Shown: piece after piece, positions 56,371 to 64,000 of the stretch | Numbering within the stretch: position 1 is the first letter of the stretch | Layout: each line of letters begins with the position of its first letter | From: an uncultured bacterium | Lineage (GTDB): Bacteria > Eisenbacteria > RBG-16-71-46 | Length of the DNA: 64,000 nucleotides | Reading direction: 5' to 3' | NCBI GenBank assembly: GCA_964655175.1 | Contig: CAZZLY010000004.1 | Span: 15,465 to 79,464 of the forward strand | Notes under the pieces: generated by a model | Database searches by the model: none | What the model saw: only the letters and a program-made list of their open reading frames with translations | What the model was told of the DNA's origin: nothing | Translations under genes and position numbers: made by a program

Positions 56371-56496
56371 GACTTCAAGTCCGTGCGGAGGTCGGCAGAC
56401 GTCCGCCCGGTGTGTGTCCTTTCCCGAGCGGGCAGCACCGTGTGCTGCATCCGGGGACCTTCGGGTCCGCGGGGTCGAAGAGCGGAGGCTCGTACC

Positions 56497-56715
56497 ATGC
56501 TGGTCCTAACAAGGAAGTTAGGAGAGAACATCCGGATCGGTGATTCGGTGAAGATCACCGTGCTGGAAGTGCGCTCGGGGCAGGTCAAGCTCGGCATCGA
56601 AGCGCCGCCCGAGGTCAAGGTGCACCGCGAGGAGATCTACGCGCGCATCCAGGAGGAGAGCCGCAAGTCCGGCGCCCCGCGTCCGACCGCGACTCCCGAC
56701 CCCGGCAAGAAGTGA
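56497..56715 (+). CDS. csrA: Carbon storage regulator CsrA
   Basis: [48 protein letters not shown] is near-canonical CsrA. GGAGG RBS. Confidence 0.9.
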   Translation: MLVLTRKLGENIRIGDSVKITVLEVRSGQVKLGIEAPPEVKVHREEIYARIQEESRKSGAPRPTATPDPGKK

Positions 56716-56761
56716 ACCGGTCACGCACCGCCGCAGGTGCGTCCCGCTTCCACGAGGTTCC

Positions 56762-56953
56762 ATGAGCATCCGTCGCAAGTCTGGCCCGTCGCGCCCGAAC
56801 AAGGCGCGCGTCACGCCGTCGTCCGCGTCCGGTATCGTGCGTCTGGATCGTGTCGTCGAAGCCCGCCGTCGGATCGAGCAGGGTTGGTACGACCGTCACG
56901 ACGTCCGCGAGCGTCTCGTCGAGGCCGTGCTGAACACGCTGCAGACGAGCTGA
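56762..56953 (+). CDS. flgM: FlgM-like anti-sigma28 factor (short)
   Basis: 63 aa. The C-terminal RLDRVVEARRRIEQGWYDRHDVRERLVEAVL resembles the FlgM C-terminal sigma28-binding helices (…KV..iK.aI..G.Y.vd...iA..l). Located between csrA and a strong terminator and near fliA. Confidence 0.5.
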   Translation: MSIRRKSGPSRPNKARVTPSSASGIVRLDRVVEARRRIEQGWYDRHDVRERLVEAVLNTLQTS

Positions 56954-56974
56954 GTATCGGGCGGTGACGCCCTT

Positions 56975-57012
56975 CGAAGAGCCGCCGGGTCCCATCGGAC
57001 CCGGCGGCTCTT
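56975..57012 (+). terminator. Strong intrinsic-terminator-like hairpin after flgM
   Basis: GAAGAGCCGCCGGGTCC catc GGACCCGGCGGCTCTTC: a 17 bp perfect stem and 4 nt loop, followed by ACTTGGG. Confidence 0.55.
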
Positions 57013-58270
57013 CACTTGGGACGAGCGGGTGGGTGCGTTAGGCTGCCCGCTGGACCAAGGACGGCTCCCATGACCCCCAGCAAGACCCCGCGGCGACCCG
57101 CCGCGTCACGCTCCGAACCGCAGGCCGCGTTCCCCATCGAGGACGGCTTCCGCGTCCTCATGGACGACGCCGAGTCCGGCGTGCTCGTGCTCGCGCCCGA
57201 TCGCACGGTCGCTTCGGCGAATCCCGCGGCGCTCAAGCTGCTCGGGGTGTCCGCCGCGCAGGCGCGCCGCGCCGAAGCCTCGGCGCTGCTGTGCACGGTG
57301 GTCGCGGGCGAGGACCTGGTGCGCGACCTGTTCGCGGCCGCGTCGCTCGAACGTCAGGCGGTGCTGCACACGCCGGGGGCCGGCGACGTGCCCGTGCTCG
57401 TGACCGCGCATCGCGTGGGCCGGCCGGCGTGGGTCATCGTCACGTTGCACGACCTCACCCGCATGCACCGCATGCAGCAGGAACTGCGCCGGCACGAGCG
57501 TCTCGCCACGCTGGGCCAGCTCTCGGCGGGCGTGGCGCACGAGATCCGCAACCCGCTCGCCGGCATCGGCACGAGCGCGCAGGTGCTGTTCAAGCGCTTC
57601 GAGCCCGGCGACGATCGCGCGCGCTTCGTGCAGGTCATCCTCGACGAGGTCGCGCGGCTCGATCGCATCGTCACGAGCCTGCTGCAGTACGCGCGGCCGC
57701 GGCAGCCCGAACTGCGGCCCACGCGACTGGCCGACGTCGTCGAGCGCGTGCTCGCGGTGCAGCGGCAGCGCGCCGAGGGCCAGGGCGTCGTGGTCGAGGT
57801 CGAGGTGGCGCCGCGTCTGGCGCCGGTCTACGTCGACGCCGACCTCATCCAGCAGGTGCTGCACAACGTCACCACCAACGCGCTGCAGGCCATGCCCACG
57901 GGCGGGTCGCTGCGCTACGAGGTGCGACTCGTGCGCCGCCGCCGCATCCCGCGCGGCGCGGGCCGTCGCGCCGAGGACACCGCGCCGCATCCCGGTCGGC
58001 GCGCCTCGGATCGCGCGCCGGAGTCGTTGCCCGGCGAGTCGGCGTGGATCGAGACGCAGCAGATCCGCGTGATCGACACCGGTGTCGGCATCCCGAGGGG
58101 CAACCTCGCCAAGATGTTCGACCCGTTCTTCACCACCAAGGCGGCGGGCACGGGGCTCGGCCTGAGCATCTCGCAGACCATCATGCAGGAGCACGGCGGT
58201 TCCATCGCGGTCGACAGCAAGGAAGGCCGCGGCACCACGGTGCTCCTCAATTTCCCGCTGGAGAAACGCA

Positions 58271-59689
<1,419 letters not shown>

Positions 59690-60033
59690 GGCGCACCCCG
59701 CCCCGGACCGGGGGCGGTCAAAATCCGTCGCCCCGCGTGCCGGGGCGGTCGGGAATCGAGCGGCCGGACCCCTCGCGGGACCGGCCGTTCGCCTTTCTGG
59801 CCGGGAGGGCGACGGTCGGGAGGGTCGGCCCGGGACCGATCGGGCATGCGAATCGCAAGGTGATGCCGTGCAGCATGTTGTGCGATTCCAAAAGGCGTGG
59901 CCCAGGGCTCCGGGACCGCCCGGACGGGGGGCCAGAGGTGGTCCGAGGGGGCCGCCGGGCGTCGTGGCACGAGGGGTGCAAAACAGTCCGGTGAACGGAT
60001 TCTCGCCAACCCCCAGCGCACGGAGCCACACGA

Positions 60034-60431
60034 TGCCCCACATCCTGATCGTCGAAGACGAGCCGACGATGTCCTGGGCCCTCGCCGAAGGGCTCTCGGA
60101 CGACGGCTACACGATCGACACCTTCCGCACCGCGGAAGAGGCCCTGCACTGGCTCAAGACGAACCGCAGCGACCTCGTCATCACCGACTACCGCCTGCCC
60201 GGCTTCTCGGGCCTCGAACTGGCGACCAAGCTGTCGCGCGGCCGCAACGCGCAGCCGGTGATCGTGGTCACCGCCTACGGCAACACCGACACGATGCGCG
60301 AGCTGCTGCGCGCCGGCGTCGCCGAGGTGTTCCCCAAGCCGTTCCACGTCGACGAGCTGCGCCGCGCCGTGCGCCGCGCGCTCCTGAGCCGTCCCGAGCG
60401 TCGTCGCGCCCCGCTGCGGAGGGCCGCATGA
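60034..60431 (+). CDS. CheY-like single-domain response regulator receiver
   Basis: ILIVEDEP...DLVITDYRLPGFSGLEL...VIVVTAY...K: a complete receiver fold with no output domain in this ORF. Confidence 0.8.
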
Positions 60432-60432
60432 A
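60415..60432 (+). repeat. 18 nt exact direct repeat TGCGGAGGGCCGCATGAA (copy 1) at the receiver / sigma4 gene junction; copy 2 at 60660..60677
   Basis: The identical 18-mer spans stop, RBS and start at two consecutive gene junctions 245 nt apart. Both upstream proteins end in (L/M)RRAA. Confidence 0.8.
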
Positions 60433-60676
60433 CGCCCGCCTGCCGAAGAAGGTCGCCGCGCTGCCGCTGCGCGTGCGTCTGGCCGCCGCCCTCGAGGCGC
60501 TGCCCGAGACCGATCGTCGCGTCCTCACGCTGCGTCTGCTCGAGGGCCTGTCGGCCAGCGAGACCGCCGGCGCGCTGAACCTGCGCCCCGCCGACGTCGA
60601 GCGCCGCACGACGCTGGCGCTCACGACTCTGTCCACCGAACTGGGCGTCCGTACCCCGATGCGGAGGGCCGCATGA
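60428..60676 (+). CDS. Sigma70-region-4 (ECF sigma region 4_2)-only protein; possibly the split-off output domain of the upstream receiver
   Basis: LPETDRRVLTLRLLEGLSASETAGALNLRPADVERRTTLALTTL is a sigma-70 r4_2-like HTH. ATG overlaps the receiver stop (ATGA). Receiver plus this ORF total 214 aa. Confidence 0.55.
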   Translation: MNARLPKKVAALPLRVRLAAALEALPETDRRVLTLRLLEGLSASETAGALNLRPADVERRTTLALTTLSTELGVRTPMRRAA

Positions 60677-60900
60677 AGCCGTTCGTCCCCGTCACCGCGT
60701 TGAGCGACCCCCGTCGCGCGATGCCGACCGATCCGACGCTGCGCCTGCGCGCCGCCGACGCGGCGGTCGAGTCCCTGACCGCCGAGCAGCGCCGCCTGGA
60801 CCGCATGGGTCTCGAGTGGCCGCTCGCGCGCACGCAGCAGCAGCTGCGCTACTGGCGATTCGTGCGTGCGCTGTGCGCCGTCGCCGCGGAGGCCGCGTGA
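60673..60900 (+). CDS. Small hypothetical protein (75 aa) upstream of the FlhG-like ATPase
   Basis: ATGA-coupled to the previous ORF and GTGA-coupled to the next. No recognisable motif; it occupies the position where flhF is usually found. Confidence 0.35.
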   Translation: MKPFVPVTALSDPRRAMPTDPTLRLRAADAAVESLTAEQRRLDRMGLEWPLARTQQQLRYWRFVRALCAVAAEAA

Positions 60901-61793
60901 GCAAGCGTGCGTCGAAGGGCCCGATGAAGGTCGTCGAGGGGGGCCGCACGGCGGCCGAGTTCGGTCCGGCGCACGCCGCCGAACTGACCCGTCCCAAGGT
61001 CCGCACGATCGTCGTCGCCAGTGGCAAGACGGGCGTGGGCAAGAGCAGTGTCGCGGCGAACCTCGCGGTCGCGCTGGGTCAGCGCGGTGCGCGCGTCGTG
61101 CTCGTGGACGCCGACCTCGCGCAGTCGCATCTGGACCTGCTCCTGGGCGTGCACCCGCGTTACGACCTCGGTCACGTCATCGAGCGTCAGCGCACGATCG
61201 ACGAGATCGTCGTGCCGGGGCCCACGGGCGTGACGCTCGTGCCCGGACCCGCCAGCACGCGCGCCATCACGTCGCTCGACGACTTCCGTCGCGAGACGTT
61301 CCTGCGCTCGCTCAGCATCGTGGACCCGGCCGCGGACCTCATGATCATCGACGCGCCCTGGGGCTTCGGCCGCGAGACGCTCGAGCTGTGCCGCATCGCC
61401 CACGAGGTCCTCGTCGTCGCCTCGACCGAGGTCATGTCGCTGCCGGACGCGTACGCGCTGCTCAAGGCGCTGCAGAAGGCCGACGCGCTCACCCGTGCGC
61501 CGCGTCTGCTCCTCAACATGGCCACCACCGAGGACGAGGCGGACGAGATCGCCGCGCGCATGTCGGTGTTCGCCCGCCACTTCATGAAGCTCGACATCGA
61601 GTCGCTGGGCAGCATCCCGTACGACCACGCGGTCACGCGGGCCGAGCACGCCCAGGAGCCCCTCGTGCTGTCGCAGTCGCAGTCCCCGGCCGCCGTCGCG
61701 ATCCGTGCGCTGGCGACCCGGATGTGGAAGCCCGCCCCCACGGGTCCCGACTTCGTCGAAGAGTCGGATCTCTCTCGCCGCCTCGGAGCCTAA
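60897..61793 (+). CDS. flhG: MinD/ParA-family ATPase, FlhG (FleN)-like flagellar number regulator
   Basis: Deviant Walker A SGKTGVGKSS; ParA/MinD core; located directly upstream of fliA. The start may be the ATG at 60924. Confidence 0.65.
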   Translation: MSKRASKGPMKVVEGGRTAAEFGPAHAAELTRPKVRTIVVASGKTGVGKSSVAANLAVALGQRGARVVLVDADLAQSHLDLLLGVHPRYDLGHVIERQRTIDEIVVPGPTGVTLVPGPASTRAITSLDDFRRETFLRSLSIVDPAADLMIIDAPWGFGRETLELCRIAHEVLVVASTEVMSLPDAYALLKALQKADALTRAPRLLLNMATTEDEADEIAARMSVFARHFMKLDIESLGSIPYDHAVTRAEHAQEPLVLSQSQSPAAVAIRALATRMWKPAPTGPDFVEESDLSRRLGA

Positions 61794-61803
61794 GGAGACC
61801 GCC

Positions 61804-62700
61804 ATGCCCCGCGCCGCCGCCCCCGCCGCGTCCGCCCGCAAGAAGACCACGACCTCGCGCCGCCCCGCGCTCAAGGTCGTCAACGGTCGTCGTCCGCAGA
61901 CCGTGGCCCGTCCGGCCACGACGTCCAAGGCGACCACCGCCGTCGTCGAGGCGCCCAAGGCCACGAAGGCCGCCACGTACAACAAGAACGACCTGCTCAA
62001 GCGCTTCGCGCCGCTCGTGCGCCACGTCGTCGAGCGCGTCGCCGCGACGCTGCCGCGCAACGTGGATCACGAGGACCTGTACTCGGCCGGCGTCCTGGGC
62101 CTGCTGGACGCGCACGCCAAGTTCGACACGCACAAGGGCGTGAAGTTCGAGACCTACGCCGTGTGGCGCATCAAGGGTGCCGTGCTCGACCAGCTGCGCG
62201 CGCTCGACTGGGCGTCGCGTTCGATGCGTCGCAAGGCGCGCAACCTCGACGGCGTGACGCGCAAGCTCGACCAGAAGCTGGGTCGCGCCGCGTCCGAGGA
62301 CGAGGTCGCCCGCGAGCTCAAGATGTCGCGCGAGGACTTCTACCGTCTGCTCGACCACGTCCGTGGCGCCGTGCTCGTGTCGCTCGACGAGACGCGCGGC
62401 AACGACGGTGACGACAACAGCACGCTGGCGGACCACCTCGCCGATCCGAACGTGGTCGACCTCGAGGCGCGCCTCATGGACGACCAGACCCGCCGCATGC
62501 TGCTGCGCACGATCGACCAGCTGCCGGAGCAGGAGCGACTCGTGGTCGCGCTGTACTACTACGAGGCGCTGACGCTCAAGGAGATCGGTCGCACGCTCAA
62601 CATCTCCGAGTCGCGCGTCTCGCAGGTGCACACCCGCGCCATGTCGCGTCTCAAGCTGCGCATGCAGAAGACGGCCGTCGCGTTCGACGAGGCCGCGTGA
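61804..62700 (+). CDS. fliA: Flagellar sigma factor FliA (sigma28) with a roughly 60 aa basic N-terminal extension
   Basis: Sigma70 regions 2, 3 and 4 (DLYSAGVLGLLDAHAKFD; TYAVWRIKGAVLDQLR; LTLKEIGRTLNISESRVSQVHTRAM). AGGAGA RBS. The N-terminal Ala/Thr/Lys-rich 60 aa are not typical of FliA. Confidence 0.85.
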   Translation: MPRAAAPAASARKKTTTSRRPALKVVNGRRPQTVARPATTSKATTAVVEAPKATKAATYNKNDLLKRFAPLVRHVVERVAATLPRNVDHEDLYSAGVLGLLDAHAKFDTHKGVKFETYAVWRIKGAVLDQLRALDWASRSMRRKARNLDGVTRKLDQKLGRAASEDEVARELKMSREDFYRLLDHVRGAVLVSLDETRGNDGDDNSTLADHLADPNVVDLEARLMDDQTRRMLLRTIDQLPEQERLVVALYYYEALTLKEIGRTLNISESRVSQVHTRAMSRLKLRMQKTAVAFDEAA

Positions 62701-62720
62701 GTCACGGGGGAGAGGCCACC

Positions 62721-63101
62721 ATGTCGAAGCTGCCCGCACCGCCCTACGAAGCCCTGGTCGAACGCCTCGAGGCGTTCGCGGTGGCGCTGGAGCAGGCGGG
62801 GCAGACGACCTCGGCGACCGAGCTGCGGGACACCCTGGCCCGGTGGGCGGGGGAGCAGGACGAGTGGAACCAGCGGGTGCGCGAGATCCTGGGCGTGCAC
62901 CACGAGATCAACAACGCGCTGGTGGGCGTGCGCGGCAACGCGCAACTGATGCTCATGCAGTCGGCCGGGCAGGCGCCCGGCGTGCGTGAGCGACTGGAGG
63001 TCGTGCTCCGTGAATCCAGCCGAATCCAAGAAGCGACCGGCCGACTCGGTGAACTCAAAGGCGTCCTCGGACGCGCCGTCCAGCGACCGCATGCCGCGTG
63101 A
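62721..63101 (+). CDS. Stand-alone HisKA (DHp) dimerisation/phosphoacceptor-domain protein
   Basis: H-box-like VHHEINNALVGVRGNAQLM flanked by predicted helices; no HATPase domain. GGGGGAGAGG RBS before the ATG at 62721; the alternative GTG at 62697 overlaps the fliA stop. Confidence 0.5.
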   Translation: MSKLPAPPYEALVERLEAFAVALEQAGQTTSATELRDTLARWAGEQDEWNQRVREILGVHHEINNALVGVRGNAQLMLMQSAGQAPGVRERLEVVLRESSRIQEATGRLGELKGVLGRAVQRPHAA

Positions 63102-64000
63102 TCGGAACACCGCGCCCGCGCTGACCCCGCCGCGCGACCGCAAGGGCGACACGCCCTCGCCGTCGGCGGAGCCGCGTACCGACCGCCGGGCCGCCTCGGG
63201 CTGCCTGTGGGACGCGTGCGAGGCCCTGTTGTCGTCGCGCTTCGAAGCGGCGGCGCTCGAGCGTGCGCTCGACGCGCTCGTCACCGCTTTCGACTGCGAC
63301 GGCGTCGCGCTGCACGGGTTGGGCGATGCGGGCCTGCTCGAGCCGTGGTGCGCCCGCGGGGCGTGGGACCGTGCGCCCGGCGATCTGCGTCAGGCCATGA
63401 GCGTGCCGCTGTTCCGGGGCGAGGAGCGCGTGGGCGCGCTCGATCTGCTCGCCAAGCCGGGTCAGCGTTGGCGCCCCGATCAGCTGTCGCTCGTGCGCAC
63501 CGCCTCGGGGGCCCTGGGGGCCGCCGTCGGCGCGCGTCTCGAGCTCGAGCGTCTGCAGCACGCGCCGCATCGCGACCCGGTCACGGGTCTCGCGGACGGT
63601 CGTGCGTTCCGGCATCACCTCGTCGAGGCCATGGGCCGCGCCGAGGCCGACGGCACGCCGCTCGGTGTCGTGGTCGTGGACCTCGACCTGTTCGCCTCGC
63701 TCAACGAGAAGTACGGCCGGCACGTGGGCGACCAGGTGCTCGCCGAGTGCGCGCTCGTGCTCAAGCTGGCGCTGCGCGAAGGCGACGTCATCGCGCGTCT
63801 GTCGGCCGATCGCTTCGCGGTCGCGCTGCCGGACTGCGATCTCGCGCCGGCGCGTCGTCTGGCCGAACGTCTCCGTCATGCGCTCGAGGAGCATCGCTTC
63901 CCGCGCGTCGGCCGTCTGAGCGTGTCCGCCGGTGTGGCGGCCTCGCCGCGCGACGGCATGGACCCCGCCGAACTGCTGACGTCGGCCGAGCGCATGCTCG
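63091..64000 (+). CDS. GAF-domain plus degenerate-GGDEF protein, 3'-truncated by the window edge
   Basis: Absent from the ORF track because it has no stop inside the window. Translating from the ATG at 63091 gives a GAF-like region (VPLFRGEERVGALDLLAK) and a GGDEF domain (RDPVTGLADGRAF...VVVVDLDLFASLNEKYGRHVGDQVL...) whose signature reads RLSADRFAV (SADRF in place of GGEEF). It overlaps the DHp gene by 11 nt. Confidence 0.7.
   Translation, partial: MPRDRNTAPALTPPRDRKGDTPSPSAEPRTDRRAASGCLWDACEALLSSRFEAAALERALDALVTAFDCDGVALHGLGDAGLLEPWCARGAWDRAPGDLRQAMSVPLFRGEERVGALDLLAKPGQRWRPDQLSLVRTASGALGAAVGARLELERLQHAPHRDPVTGLADGRAFRHHLVEAMGRAEADGTPLGVVVVDLDLFASLNEKYGRHVGDQVLAECALVLKLALREGDVIARLSADRFAVALPDCDLAPARRLAERLRHALEEHRFPRVGRLSVSAGVAASPRDGMDPAELLTSAERML

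Noticed and set aside
63055-63894. 279 aa minus-strand ORF at the window end
   Set aside because: The + strand frame starting at ATG 63091 yields clear GAF and GGDEF-domain motifs (RDPVTGL..., VVVVDLDLF..., NEKYGRHVGDQVL), so the minus ORF is a shadow. The same applies to the listed 63602..63919 + ORF in a different frame.

Overview
This 64 kb window is very high GC (roughly 70%) and dense with genes, most on the + strand and most sharing 1 to 4 nt start/stop overlaps (ATGA, GTGA, TGATG). The six-frame track is crowded with long Arg/Ala/Pro-rich shadow ORFs typical of high-GC DNA, which I discarded.

Reading start to end:

1. Positions 1..25178 hold a 20-gene, single-strand glycan / extracytoplasmic glycosylation supercluster. 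It contains an SDR epimerase, two polyprenyl-phosphate sugar synthases (GtrB/CsbB-like and Ppm1/DPM1-like), an HddC/HddA-like nucleotidyltransferase plus GHMP kinase pair, five GT4 and one additional GT2 glycosyltransferases, at least three GT-C-type polytopic membrane transferases (PMT/ArnT-like, YfhO, and a third) plus a 5'-truncated DUF2723/PMT-like TPR protein, a SAM methyltransferase fused to a zinc ribbon, a Wzx flippase, AsnB amidotransferase, a FemAB/GNAT-like protein, and a secreted beta-propeller protein carrying a T9SS-type C-terminal sorting domain.

2. Positions 25300..43989 hold a complete dcw (division and cell wall) cluster: promoter, MraZ-box array, mraZ, a STAS-domain gene inserted between mraZ and rsmH, rsmH, ftsL, ftsI (with two PASTA domains), murE, murF, mraY, murD, ftsW, murG, murC, ftsQ, ftsA, ftsZ, then a TPR protein. 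murB and ddl are absent.

3. Next come rpmB (- strand), recG, a zinc-ribbon protein, a secreted PAP2/vanadium-haloperoxidase-like protein with a second T9SS-type C-terminal domain (-), and a minus-strand operon of acyltransferase, GT4 and MFS transporter that looks PatA/PimA-like.

4. The remainder holds a hypothetical protein, an MglA-like Ras GTPase with a 190 aa Pro/Thr-rich tail and no mglB, a small secreted OMP-like protein, an orphan trpA, and a flagellar/chemosensory regulatory locus. That locus is csrA, a flgM-like gene, a strong terminator, a PAS histidine kinase, a sigma54 activator, a CheY-like receiver, a sigma70-region-4-only ORF, a small ORF, an FlhG-like ATPase, fliA, a DHp-only protein, and a GAF plus degenerate-GGDEF gene that runs off the window end.

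I found no tRNA, rRNA, CRISPR or obvious mobile element. Every family assignment rests on motif reading of the translated ORFs; no database search was possible. The T9SS-type C-terminal domains, MglA and the dcw gene order are compatible with a Gemmatimonadota-like, FCB-group Gram-negative host, at low confidence.
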